Positions 37,269 through 49,910 of a stretch of 64,000 bases of DNA are shown here, piece by piece (the first letter of the stretch is position 1; the number at the start of each line of letters is the position of its first letter). The position numbers and the translations under genes are program-made. The stretch lies in contig NC_042997.1 in NCBI RefSeq assembly GCF_006345805.1, forward strand, positions 191,332,001-191,396,000, given 5' to 3'. The stretch is from Octopus sinensis. Its lineage: Eukaryota. A model generated the notes under the pieces. The model made no database searches, had not been told where the DNA came from, and was given only the letters and a program-made list of their open reading frames with translations.

Positions 37269-37711
37269 TCTTTATTGGCCACCAGAGCTGACCACAAAAC
37301 ATAAAGGATGGTACACAGATGAGGAACAGTAGGGTTAAACGTATAAACAGCAAAAAAAAAAATAACACAATTAACAAGGAGATTAAACCAACAGTGTACT
37401 TCCCCAATAGGTCATTTTCCACCGAGAGGTGACCAAAGAAACCTCACACACAGAGGAAGGTACCCATCTTCAACCCTTTCAATTGTGTCCATCACACAAC
37501 CTCTTTCGCCATAGCTACCAAACAGAAAAACTGCCTGTCCTTCCTGGCCAAAGGAAGGAGGCAGGGCAATCTTCACGATGGACTTGGGCAATAGCCAGAT
37601 CCATCCTACATGTGACATAAACGTTTCAGCTAAGCTCCACATGTCAGCAATGCATGGAGACTGTATGAGAGCATGCAAAATAGTTTCATTGTTCCACATG
37701 CATTTCACCAA
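37209..37711 (-). mobile_element. L1/Tx1-like LINE 3' end (decayed CCHC region, AATAAA, (ATT)n tail)
   Basis: KCMWNNETILHALIQSPCIADMWS resembles the CxxC..ETxxHAL..CP motif; the minus strand ends ccaataaaagaaag(tat)n. Confidence 0.65.
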
Positions 37712-38950
37712 ATTTAAAGAATCTTATGTCTTCCCTGGCACTTTTTCTTTTCTTTCCAGGTAGCAATTTATCAAATACTGATTTTACTTTCCTTACAAAC
37801 ATCAATTCCGCTGGTGAGCTACCTATTGGTGTATTCGGATTTGGTGTTATATGGTACACTCTTAAAAATTGCTGTAGAGCTTCCTCATCCATGACTTCCA
37901 TGTTCAATTTTCTAAGGGCTCTTTTGAATATATTGACAAAGCGCTCTGCCAATCCATTAGATCTGGGATGGTATGGTGCAGTAATTATATGTTCTACCGT
38001 GAACATTTCACAAAATTTTCAAAATTCACTAGACACCAATTGCATTCCATTGTCAGACACTATCTTGTCTGGGATGCCAAATCTCGCAAACAATTAATGT
38101 AAAAAATTCATCACAGTTGAGGAGGTTGGTTTTTTTTTACACTTACAAATTTCTGGCCATTTTGAGAAACTATCAACTACCACTAAGTAATAAGAACCAT
38201 TTAAAGGACCAGCGAAATTGCTGTGTAGTCTCGACCATTGAGCATATACCTTTGACCAAAGTTCCCTTTTTATAATGGGCAATTTTGCTGCTAGAGTACA
38301 TCTTCGACAGCCTTTCACTAAATTTTCAATTTCTTTGTTCATTTTTGGCCAGTATATGTAACAGTGCATTAAAGCTTTCATCCTTGAAATGCCAGGATGT
38401 CTGACGTGAAATTCTCTTAAAACTTTCTTTTGTAGTGTTTCTGGTATCATTACTCTCTGAGCATACATCAGTACACCTTCACACATTGAGTATTAGAATC
38501 ACGTCTTGGTTTCGTTTTGCACAAAACCTGTTCCTATTTTCTTTTTTCATCACAGTGTTCTTTTTGTTTCCTTTATAAACTTGTCTACATTCCACTTTGT
38601 ATCCTCCAGGGTCACCAGCAGCTCTTGTACCACATTCCACATCACATTTTTTAAATTTCACCTTCAGCTCTTAGAGCTGCTAATACCATCGCTTCAGATG
38701 GCTCACTGTGTTTTGGTATCAGTCTGGACAAACCATCCGCATACCCTAGATTTTCGATGGTAAATACTCCATTCCATAGTCATGATTTAATAGTATAGTG
38801 CCCCTTTTCTGTAGTCCATTTGCTGTGTGTATTGGAATTCTTTTTTTGGAACCATATATTGTCAGCAGTGGGCAGTGATCTGTTTGCAAACAGAAATGTC
38901 TTCCATGGATAAATCTATGGAACTTCTTGATAACAAATTTGAATGCCAAC
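37712..38950 (-). pseudogene. Ty3/gypsy pol relic (RNase H end, H2C2 zinc finger, integrase core)
   Basis: FVIKKFHRFIHGRHFCLQTDH; HPGISRMK..YWPKMNKEIENLVKGCRRC; LVVVDSFSKWPE; ITAPYHPRSNGLAERFV; frameshifts and stops; no LTRs seen. Confidence 0.9.
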
Positions 38951-38954
38951 AATC

Positions 38955-39190
38955 ATGAGTTCAATTCCCAGTGGCATGTTGTGTCCTTGAGCAAGATGCT
39001 TTATTTTACATTGCTCCAGTACAGTCAGCTGGCAAAAATGAGTTCTACCTTGTCATATTCTGTGTTATGCTGAAGACTATGTATGTGAAGGGTATATGTG
39101 TTTGTGGAGTAATCAGCCACTTGCACTTGCTTGAGCAGGCTGTTTCAGGGATCAAATCAATTGGAAATTTCACTGTTGTAACTAACAAAG
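38955..39190 (+). mobile_element. Old CORE-like SINE sharing its 3' tail with family D
   Basis: tgtgtccttgagcaag..ttgctccag core; gagtaatcagccacttgcac..gagcaggctgtt..gatcaa tail similar to the 25717 element; another relic near 34430-34560. Confidence 0.55.
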
Positions 39191-39816
39191 TGCTATATAT
39201 ATATATATATAGTGGTGGACTGGTTGCCAGGAGACTAAGGGGGTCCACCCACAACTACAAAGGAGCCCCCACCTGCAAGTATAAGGGCACCCAACCGCAA
39301 CTGCAATGCTATCATTTGTTTTGTTTTTTTTGTTAAAAGTATTCTTTTCAACTGTCTACAAACACAGCCAGGCTGAAATAATTAATGCATTCTTCCAGAA
39401 GTGAATAAAAAATTCTCAAACTTGAGGGTATGGGCCCCTTAAATACTAACATAGGCCCCCATATATAGATTCTAATGGCACAGGAGCCCACTTGCCATCG
39501 GGCAAACTGGTTATTATATGTTTTATCTTATATTTAATCTTTCTATAATATATGATTTTCTAAATGGTATAATTTTCTAAATAGTATAATGTAATTATCT
39601 AAATGGTATAATTTAATTTTTCATTATTGAATTGATAAAAGGAGTTTTTTTTTCTAATTTATATATATATACAGAGAAAGAGAGAGAGAGAGAGGAGAAA
39701 GAGAGAGAGAGTGAGGGGAGGAAGAAAGAGATGTATGTGTATTAGTTCACTGTCAGAATTCAGCACCCAAAAATCAAGGTCCTCTGATCTTCTTTCTCTC
39801 TTATTCATGATGAATA

Positions 39817-40187
39817 TCTCTCTATATATAAACGGCAGTTTGTCTGTCTGCGTGTCTGTGTGTCTGTTAGGTTGTACCCTCACCCTGACCACGGCTTTCA
39901 ACCGATTCTGATGAAACTTGACACACACATAGCCCAATGTCATAATTCAAAACTAACGCAGCGAAAATTTTGAAAAGTTCCCCCAGTTCTGAAAAAAAAA
40001 TCGATAAATTCGACATGGGGTCGAGAATCAGAAACACAAACCACAGACGCAACTCGACCTTTTTAACTCTCAAAAAAAATTTACCATCATTTTTTTTCCA
40101 TTTTTTTGCTATTTTTTGGCTGATCTCTAAAGATGCTTTATAGTTATTTCCCTTACAAACCCGAGCAACGCCGGGCGATACTGCTAG
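39817..40187 (+). mobile_element. Non-autonomous Helitron
   Basis: A|TCTCTCTATATATAAA 5' end, (gtct)n, subterminal cccgagcaacgccggg hairpin, CTAG|T 3' end. Confidence 0.8.
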
Positions 40188-40669
40188 TGTATTGATAAAA
40201 AAATAGAAATATTTGAAAATTTTTCTCATCATATTCGAAAATCTTCCATATCTTGCAATGTTTTTAATGTTACGCCATAGAGTTGTAAATATTTTTCCAG
40301 TTGTGCAGACTTGATTTATATCATCTTACTGGTTATCATCATCACCACCACCACCACCACCGCCGCCGCCACCGCCACCACAACCACCATCACCACCACC
40401 ACCACCTTTATAAAAGCTGTAAGGTCTGCTCCAATAAAGTGTAATGTTCAGCAAATGTACTGAATGGCCTTTCTGTAATGTGTTTCCAAGTACTTTTTAT
40501 TTTTGCACTCATTAAACTAAGTTTATTAAAATGAAAAATTTAATTACCTTAACCTTGTGGTTGTCAACCGAGATTTTTTCGTAGCCCTTCCCCTAACCAA
40601 CCCCCATGATGTAGTTGTTATGCCTAGCGTCCACCTAAGTAGTGAGTGAGGTATCACAACTAAACTAAC

Positions 40670-41380
40670 TTATCATCATCATCATCATTGTCATCATCGT
40701 CGTCATCGTCATCATCATCGTCGTTATCATCATCATCGTCGTCATCCTCATCATCCTCCTCATCATCATCATCGTCGTCATCATTATCGTCGTCATCATT
40801 ATCGTCATCATCATCATCCTCATAAACATCAGTCGTTGTTGTCATCATCATCATCATCATTGTCATCATCAACATCGTCGTCATCATCATCATCATCGTC
40901 ATCATCATCATCATCGTCATCATTATCGTCATCGTCGTCATCATCATCGTCGTCATCATCATCATCGTTGTCATTATCATCATTGTCATCATCATCATCA
41001 TCCTCATCATCGTCATCATCATCATCATCGTCGTCATCATCATCATCATCGTCATTATCGTTATCATCATCATCATTGTCGTCATCATCGTCGTCATCAT
41101 CATTATCGTCGTCATCATCATCATCATCGTCATCATCATCGTTATCATCATCATCGTCCTCATCATCATCATCGTCGTTGTCATCATCATCATCATCATT
41201 CAACGTCTGTTTTCCATACTGGCATGGGTTGGATGGCTTCACAGGTTCCTTAGTCTGATTTGGCAAGGTTTCTATGGCTGGATGCCCTTCCTAACACCAG
41301 TCACTTCATAGAGTGTACTGGTTGCTTTCTTATGTGACACCTGCACCAATGCTTTTTACATGGCACCTTGGTTTTAGGAC
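40670..41380 (-). mobile_element. RTE 3' UTR with a ~530-bp expanded, degenerate (GAT)n tail
   Basis: (cat/cgt)n at 40670-41200 joins directly to caacgtctgtttccatactggcatggg. Confidence 0.8.
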
Positions 41381-41552
41381 TTCAGTTCTGTTATGGTGAG
41401 TGAGTCTCCTCCAGTACAGCAATGTGCTACATATCTCTGTCCTTTGTCATCTCCTTTGTAAGTTTCAGCATTTTGAGGTCGGCCTTCAATATTTCATCCC
41501 ACGTCTTCCTTCAGTCTCCCTCTTCCATAATTTCCTTCTGCTTTAACCCATA

Positions 41553-41970
41553 TATAGGCACAGGTGTGGCTATGTGGTAAGAAGCTTGCTTACCAACCAC
41601 ATGGCTCTGGGTTCAGTCCTACTGCATGGTACCTTGGGCAAGTGTCTTCTACTATAGCCTCAAAGCCGACCAAACCCTTGTAAGTGGATTTGGTAGACAG
41701 AAACTGAAAGAAGTCCATTGTACATATTTATGTGTGTGTGTGTGTGTGTGTGTGTATTTGTGCATCTGTGTTTGTTCCCCCCACCATCACTTGACAATTG
41801 ATGTTGGTGGGTGTGCTTATGTCCTCATAACTTAGCCATTTGACAAAAGGGCTCATTAAAATAAGTACTAGGCTTACAAAGAATAAGTCCCAGGGTCAAT
41901 TTGTTTGACTAAAGGAGGTGCTCCAACATGGCCACAGTCAAATGACTGAAACAAGTAAAAGAATAAAAGA
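41553..41970 (+). mobile_element. SINE family A
   Basis: taggcacaggtgtggctatgtggtaag head and family body. Confidence 0.85.
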
Positions 41971-42519
41971 ATATAAGAATAAAATGATATACCACTGGTT
42001 GCATTTTTGCAATGCAAAACCTGCTCCTTATTTGTTTGGACATGCCGTGGCACGTAAAAGGGCATCATTCAAGTGTGATCATTACTAACATCGCCTTACT
42101 GGCACCTGTGCCGGTGGGGCACCATTTGAGCGTGATCATTACCAATGTCGCCTTACTGGCACCTGTGCCAGTGGCATGAGTAAAGTTGATCTCAGCACAA
42201 TTTGAACTCAGAATTTAAAGACAGACGAAATACCGCTAAGCATTTCACCTAGTGTGCTAACAATTCTGCCCACAATAGGTGAAAATCAGCAAAGTAGAAA
42301 CAGTACTGTATATATTTTTAAAATTATTTTTATAAGTTGTGTATATTTATTTTATTATAAATACAAAATAACACCACGGAGGAATCAGGAATCGAAATAA
42401 GCTTAAATAATATATCACAAGATGTAAGCTTAAATAATGAACTGCAACAGGTGAACCACGGTAGGTGAAATGCAATATGGCAAGGGATGACTGTAGTTAT
42501 CTCTCTGTCTCTACATGTA

Positions 42520-42551
<32 letters not shown>

Positions 42552-42731
42552 GTGTGCATATGAGGGTGTGTTGTATGGGTGTATATGTGAAAGAGAGAGA
42601 GAGAATGAGTGGAAGACATTGATACCTATGCATAAATGTCATGACAAACATTAGTGGGTTAGGTATTTTGAACTATATCTAATCTTAAAAGGTGTTTTTT
42701 TTTTACGTTCTTTTGTCTCCATTATCTGTAG

Positions 42732-42825
42732 ATTACAGAATAAATATTTTGAATGTTTGCAGTCATCACTTCAGATGGATGAGTTTTAAAGAAACATTTT
42801 GGTGTAAAACATGCCACTGAATAAA
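42732..42825 (+). CDS. Candidate terminal exon ((R)LQNKYFECLQSSLQMDEF*, stop 42787-42789, AATAAA 42820-42825)
   Basis: ttttttacgttcttttgtctccattatctgtag acceptor; phase 2 matches the 34838 exon; poly(A) signal 30 nt after the stop. Confidence 0.45.
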
Positions 42826-42928
42826 AGTTACATGGTACAACATAATATGTAGGTCAGCATACATGTATGTATCCTCAACTGTACTACAGCATGTGCTATA
42901 TTACACTGTAATTGCACTTTGCCCCATA

Positions 42929-43033
42929 GTATCATCATCATCATCGTTGTCATCATAGTCGTCATTGTCACCATCAACATCACCACTACCACCACCACTG
43001 TCGGCATCGTCGCTGTCGTCAATGTTATCGTCG

Positions 43034-43074
<41 letters not shown>

Positions 43075-43620
43075 GTCGTCATCATCATCATCATCACCAC
43101 TACCACCACCACCACCACCATGGCAGTCGCCGTCATTGTTGCTGTCATCATCGCCGTCGCTGTCGTTGTCGCCATCGTCATCACTGTCATCGTCGCCATC
43201 GTGGTCACCATCGTCATCACTGTCATCGTCGACATCATCATCGCTGTCATCATCACCATCGTGGTCACCATCGTCATCGCTGTCATCGTCGCCATTGTGG
43301 TCACCGTCGTCATCGCTGTCACCGTCGCCATCGTCGTCACAGTCGTTGTCACCGTCATCATTATCCTCATCATCATCCTCATCATCATCCTCATCATCAT
43401 CATCCTCATCATCATCATCATTATTTAATGCCCATGTTCCATGTTGGTATAGGTTGGACGATTTGACAGGTTCCAATGGGCCCTAGGACTGCATCCTGCT
43501 CCAGGATCTGCTTTGGCATGGTTTCTATGACTTGATGCTCTTCCTAACGCCAAATGTTTGACCCCCATGTATAGAGTATTTTTTTTTTGTGCCACCATAC
43601 AGCTTGCAAGACTACCGACA
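42929..43620 (-). mobile_element. Old RTE 3' UTR with a ~490-bp expanded trinucleotide tail
   Basis: (cat/cgt/cac)n at 42929-43420 joins ttaatgcccatgttccatgttgg. Confidence 0.7.
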
Positions 43621-44151
43621 CCAAAGTGGCACCTTTTTGCCAGGAGATGAGGAGTAAAAGACCAGTAAAAATACAGGAGATGGGACCAACCATATTTTCA
43701 AAGAGGTGGGAGCAACTGAGTGGAGCTGGAAAACAAAACAAAAAAATGATGGTGATGAGATGTTAGGGTGGACCTTCAAGATATGGTGTAAGAAGAAATG
43801 GGTTGGGTAGGGAGACCAGGAGTGATGGGGTGACGTAACTGAAATGGTATATTGTTGTTTTTGATGTTTTATTTTTGCTTTTTTTTACATCTTTTTTTCC
43901 TTAGTTAGAGGAATATACTATCAAAGCATTGTTTACTGCCAGATGCCCTTCCTGTCTCTAACCCTCATCTGTTTTTCAAGTAAGAGTCTCTTATTCCATA
44001 TGACCTCAAAGACACAAGGCCAACAGACAATTTGGTGATGAGAGAAATGACAACAAGATCATTGTCCTTAACTCATCAATTTTCAGAAAAGTACAAATAT
44101 AAACAAACACAAACACACAAACACATGCACAAACACAGAATTTTTCACTTA

Positions 44152-44568
44152 GGTGGCAAGCTGGCAGAAACGTTAGGACGTCGGGAAAAATGCTTAGTGG
44201 TATTTCGTCTGCCGTTACGTTCTGAGTTCAAATTCTGCCGAGGTCAACTTTGCCTTTCATCCTTTCGGGGTTGATAAATTAAGTACCAGTTACGCACTGG
44301 GGTTGATCTAATTGACTTAATCTGTTTGTCTGTCCTTGTTTGTCCCTTCTGTGTTTAGCCCCCTGTGGGTAGTAAAGAAATAGGTATTTTGTCTGCTGTT
44401 ATGTTCTGAGTTCAAATTCTGCTACGGTTGACTTTGCCTTTCATCCTATCAAGGTTGATAAATTAAGTACCAGTTACACACTAGGCCAATGCATTCGATT
44501 TAATCCCTTTATTTGGCCTCGTTTGTCCCCTCTATGTTAAGCCCCATGTGGGCAATAAAGAAATAAGA
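44152..44568 (+). mobile_element. Dimeric SINE family B
   Basis: Full monomer ending gtgggtagtaaagaaata, then a second headless monomer ending gtgggcaataaagaaataagaa. Confidence 0.85.
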
Positions 44569-44930
44569 ATTTCTCACTAGCTTTGGCTAAAGAATCACTC
44601 ATTCCAAGTGAGATAAAATGTCTACATTTGAAGAATTTTATCTATGTTAGATATTTCCAAAGCAATAAATATTTAACTAAGAACTAGCAAAAATTTGTTT
44701 CAGCTACATTTCTTTAGTAATGACAGGCTTAAAAAAACATGCTTTGACATGCTTCACCTTTGCCAATGTTTTATAATCATGTTTATTAACCAGTCTGCTC
44801 TAACTACTGTAAAACATAACGAAGGAAAATTAGATATTTGATACTTTAATGACTTGAAACTGACACAAGGGGTCATAGACATTATCACCTCATAGCAGTA
44901 AAAAGGAGGGAAATCTTTTCATGTTTGCAG

Positions 44931-45053
44931 GTTTAACTCTCACAAATGAAGCAACACAAAACTTACAAGGAAAAAAACGTACCAAAATACATAGATTCAA
45001 AAGTGAGGGATAAAATCTGCGTATCAACTATTGTGGCAAGATTGTAAAAAATG
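44931..45053 (+). other. Candidate 123-nt exon, probably non-coding or a 5' UTR exon ending in ATG
   Basis: cttttcatgtttgcag acceptor and AATG|GTAAGT donor; stops in all three frames. Confidence 0.4.
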
Positions 45054-45214
45054 GTAAGTATTCTCTGTCCTTGAGAAGTTTGCTCCACAGTCAGATGGTT
45101 TGGGACTCAGTCTCATGGTATCTTGCATGATATCTTGAGCAAGTATCTTCTACTATTGCCTTCAGATGACCAAAGTTTTACCAGTAGATTCAGTAGAGAG
45201 AAACTGAAAGCAAC

Positions 45215-45623
45215 GAGCTGGCAGAAACGTTAGCACGTCGGGCAAAATGCTTAGCGGTATTTCGTCTGCCGCTATGTTCTGAGTTCAAATTCCGCCGAGG
45301 TTGACTTTGCCTTTCATCCTTTCGGGGTCAATTAAATAAGTACCAGTTATGCACTGGGTTTGATATAATCGACTTAATCCGTTTGTCTGTCTTTGTTTGT
45401 CCTCTCTGTGTTTAGCCCCTTGTGGGTAGTAAAGAAATAGGTATTTCATCTGCCGCTACATTCTGAGTTCAAATTCTGCCGAGGTCGACTTTGCCTTTCA
45501 TCCTTTCAGGGTTGATAAATTAAGTACCAGTTACGCACTGGGGTCGATGTAATCGACTTAATCCCTTTGTCTGTCCTTATTTGTCTCCTCTATGTTTAGC
45601 CCCTTGTGGGCAATAAAGAAATA
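45215..45623 (+). mobile_element. Dimeric SINE family B with a 16-bp TSD, inserted in an old family A SINE
   Basis: TSD agaaactgaaagcaac at 45199-45214 and 45624-45639 encloses both monomers. Confidence 0.9.
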
Positions 45624-45879
45624 AGAAACTGAAAGCAACCCAGGTGTTCACACACATACACACACATGCACACATGAATGACTCTGTCCCCTTGTCTTTC
45701 TCTCTTACTTTATCTCTCATTCTGCTCCTTTCTTTTCCTATTGGAGTAACCAAGTATCACCTCTATTGTAAAACATCTATCTCTATCTCTCTGTTATGCC
45801 TTAACCTCTCAACTGGCACAAAGTCACCTCCCTCAGTGCCACTTTCTCTCCCAGCTGAGAGCTCTTTGTCTTATAAGTT

Positions 45880-46086
45880 ACTTGCCAACCCCACTGGTGC
45901 TGGTGCCGCATAGAATGCACCCACTACACTCCCAAAAGTGGCTGTCATTAGGAAGGACATCCAGCCATACAAATCATGTCAAAGGAGTCAATGGAGCCCA
46001 GTGCAGCTCTCTGGCTTGCAAGCTCCTGTCAAACCATCCAACCCATGGCAGCATGGAAGATGGACATTAAATGATGATGATGATGA
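45880..46086 (+). mobile_element. Old RTE 3' UTR
   Basis: attaggaaggacatccagcc...ggacattaaat(gat)n. Confidence 0.7.
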
Positions 46087-46398
46087 TATATATATAACAG
46101 TATGATATATTTCACTATGCCTAAGCAAAATAAATATATGTGTGTGTGTATGTATATATACATATATGTATGTGTATGTACTTATAAATCCTTAAAAATG
46201 TTTTAGCCCGAAGGCCATGGCCATGCTGGGGCACCACCGCTGAATGAGCTACACTAATATGTGAATCCACCTCTGATACGTGGCACTTGGTCAACAAGGG
46301 AATTCGATGCCGCTGCCTGCATCCGTGTCTCCTGTCGCGAGGTAGGTTCATCTGGGACCCCCCGACAAGAAGAGATCCCGTTTAGTTTTATGTATATA

Positions 46399-46461
<63 letters not shown>

Positions 46462-46538
46462 GTATGTGTATGTATGTATATATATATATATGTGTGTGTG
46501 GTGTGTGTGTGTGTATGTATATATATATATATATATAT

Positions 46539-46604
<66 letters not shown>

Positions 46605-46651
46605 TTATATACATACGCACATATATGTGTGTGTGTATGTATGAATATATA

Positions 46652-46868
46652 CAAGGAGGTACTGAAAAATTCCTGCCTTTAAGGGTACTGCAAAAGGCCT
46701 GTTTGGAGGCCCAAACTTCCAAGTTCTTTTACAAGGCTTAGAAAAACTGAAGGAATGGTGCAATAAGTGTATGGATCTGAGAGAGGAATGTGTTCAATAA
46801 AATCATAATTAACTGATCCTCTTGTATTTTCTTTTACCCAAAGCCAGGAACTTTTCAGCACCCCCTCA
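46652..46868 (+). mobile_element. Mariner-derived MITE retaining the transposase C-terminus
   Basis: TA-caaggaggtactgaaaaattcctg / ccaggaacttttcagcaccccctca-TA; internal GLEKLKEWCNKCMDLREECVQ*. Confidence 0.8.
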
Positions 46869-47269
46869 TATACATGTGCACACACACACACACACACACA
46901 CACATAGGTACACATAAGATATATATATATAATATATATATATATATGCAAGTGAGTAGATAAACGAAAGAAGGGCACTTGACACATTTATTGGGAGTGA
47001 CATGGGTGGCTCAAAACAGTAACACTAATCTTTGGTCATTGGAGTTCTGAATATGTGTTTGTGTGTGTGTGTAAAGCAAAAGTAATTCTAGTTCCCAGCA
47101 AGCTGAAGGCAATGAGATGTAATGTCGCTGTTCATCAAAAGTGTTTCTATTGACTCCATTATTTTCTTTTGGCTACTAAGATTTCCTTCAGCCACATATC
47201 ACCTCCATTGGAAGATTATGGTTAAGCACTCTGGTTATATATATATATATATATATGTATATATAGGGT

Positions 47270-47700
47270 GGTGAGCTGTCAGTTAGGGTGGCAAGCTGGC
47301 AGCATTGTTAGCACCCTGGGTGAAATGCTTAGCGGCATTTTGTCTGCCATTATGTTCTAAGGACGATTATGCCTTTCATCCTTTCAGGGTTGATTAAATA
47401 AGTACCAGTTATGCACTGGGGTCTATGTAATCTACTTAATCCCTTAGTCTGTCCTTGTTTGTCCCCTTGTGAGCAATCTGGCAGAAACGTTAGCGCGCCG
47501 GGCGAAATGCATAGCCGTATTTCTTCTGTCGTTATGTTCCGAGTTCAAATTCCGCCGAGGTCGACTTTGCCTTTCATCCTTTCGGGGTCGATAAATTAAG
47601 TACCAGTTACGCACTGGGGTCGATGTAATCGACTTAATCCCTTTGTCTGTCCTTGTTTGTCCCTTCTGTATTTAGCCCCTTGTGGGTAGTAAAGAAATAT
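47270..47700 (+). mobile_element. Two tandem family B SINE copies
   Basis: Two ctggcag(c/a)..gttagc heads at ~47297 and ~47478. Confidence 0.8.
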
Positions 47701-48917
47701 ATATATATACAGCCTCTAGTTGTCAAAACAAATATCATAATAATGAGTTCATTCTATACAGTGGTCAGGTGCACTACAACTCAGAAAGCAGCAATAAGTC
47801 AAGTAAAGAAACACAGCAATAACAGCCAAAAGTACATGAAGAGTACACAGGATAAAAGACAAACAGAACAGGAAAGTGAACAGCAAAAGAATATCATCTT
47901 CATGCAGTGTTTTAAATCTGAGTTTTGTCCTCGTTAACAGGGTTGGCTGGATCTGTGTCAATGCCGTAGCAACCAAGGTAGACAAGTGCAGCCCACCCCA
48001 ATTTTTCAGCTGGCTGGTGCCCATTCTCATTTGCTATCATGAGGGTTTTTTTGGGCAGCTGGATTTTCTGCAGGGAGTATGCCCTTGCTTGCCCCCAACC
48101 TCAGTTTCTAGGCATAAATAGTCCCGAGACCAAAGCCTCTACCATGATTTTTAAGAAATGTGGTGGAAAACTAGCTCAGGAAGGCAGGGATGCTACTCCC
48201 TGAGACCCCTTTTGAACCCCCTCCCCATAACACTCAAATTAAGTAAATCATTATGAACGTAAACCTAGCTGAACAAATAACCATTACTAAGTCTTGAAGT
48301 TCAATACTAATGTTTCTTTTTCACTTTTTTCTTATGATATAATAATAATTGTAATTAAAAACTGTAAATAATAAACTTCTCCCCTCCAAAAAGAAAAACA
48401 AATAAAAAAGAAAGAGATCTCCATTACCTCTGGCATAAGAGTTAGTGCTTAGATTAAAACTGTTGAATTAAGAGTCTTTATATGGTTGATTCCCAGGAAC
48501 TTTTAAAAGTTTTATGGAATTTATTGGCATTTATTGGCATGTACTTGTTTCAAATTCATACAACAAGAGTGCAATCTTTAGATGTGTGTGTGTGTGTGTG
48601 TGCATGTGTGTGTGTATGTGTGTGCTTATGCGCATGTGTACCATGTGTATAATTAAAATACTGGAGATCTTGGAACATGATCCATAGTTGTCGTTGTATG
48701 AAATAAGCTTCTTATATTGAAGAGACACAGAAGTCCCACAAAAACGAATTCCAGTAGTAGCTTTAGAAAATATGAACTGAAGGCAAGGATTATGGCAGCT
48801 TTCACCAACAATAGAAAATGTGAAACAGAAAAATATATAAAGGGGAACAACTTTGATGGACTTTGTGTCTATTTTAATAACATAATCCTTCTGTTTTTCA
48901 TATAAATATATTTAATT

Positions 48918-49088
48918 ACCGTATTTGATAGCACTTGAGATGCACTTTTCAACAAGGATATGTCTTGAAACACTGGGTCTATACTACATTTTTTAATGCA
49001 ATAAAAACTTTTTTTCTTGAATATGTGCTGCTAAAATTGAGATTTGAGTAATATTCCAGGGCAACTTTTCTTACCATAAAAATACGGT
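48918..49088. mobile_element. Small TA-flanked MITE with (TA)CCGTATTT termini
   Basis: ttaccgtattt at 48916-48926 and aaatacggtaa at 49080-49090. Confidence 0.5.
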
Positions 49089-49542
49089 AATATAAATAAC
49101 AAATGCCATTAAAAATATAATTTTAAAAACACGTTTATTTGAATGACATTTTTTTCTGCATACATTATTTCAAATAACCCCGAAATAAAAGAAGGGTGAG
49201 TCTTACGTTTTAAACTTTCTTGTTATTGCTATAGTAGTCACAGTGTGTGCAACTAAATTAACAGGGTTTTTCTCGCGTAAGAAATAAAATGAGCAGAAAA
49301 AAATCTGTAATTGTTAATGTGCTTTAAGAGTTGTTTCCCTTGAACAAGTCATTCAAGCAATAGATACTGCAAAATGAAACATAAGAAAGGCTAGAGTGGC
49401 AAAAATGTTAAAGCGTAAAAAAATCTTTGTCCGTAATATTTTGTTTAAGCCTCTCTGTGTTCTGAGTTATGCATGAATTTTTAACCCTAGCCTGAAGATT
49501 ATATTTTCTAAGAAAGAATTGAGATTGTAATAATACATACAT

Positions 49543-49910
49543 ATGCAGGAGTGGCTGTGTGGTAAGTAGCTTGCTTCCCAACCACTGCGTGGCAGTTTGG
49601 GCATGTGTCTTCTACTATAGCCACGGGCCGACCAAAGCCTTGTCAGTGGATTTGGTAGATGGAAACTGAAAGAAGCCCGTCGTATATATATATATGTGTG
49701 TTTGTGTGTCTGTATTTGTCCCCCCGACATCGCTTGACAACCGATGCTGGTGTGTTTCCGTCCCTGTAACTTAACGGTTCGGCAAAAGGGACCGATTGAA
49801 TAAGTACTAGGCTTACAAAGAATAAGTCCTGAGGTCGATTTGCTCGATTAAAGACGGTGCTCCAGCATGGCCGCAGTCAAATGACTGAAACAAGTAAAAG
49901 AGAAAAAGAG
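49543..49910 (+). mobile_element. SINE family A with an internal deletion in the head
   Basis: gcaggagtggctgtgtggtaag...aaatgactgaaacaagtaaaagag. Confidence 0.85.

Noticed and set aside
46250-46385. CpG-rich fragment of unknown origin
   Set aside because: Too short and no diagnostic motif.
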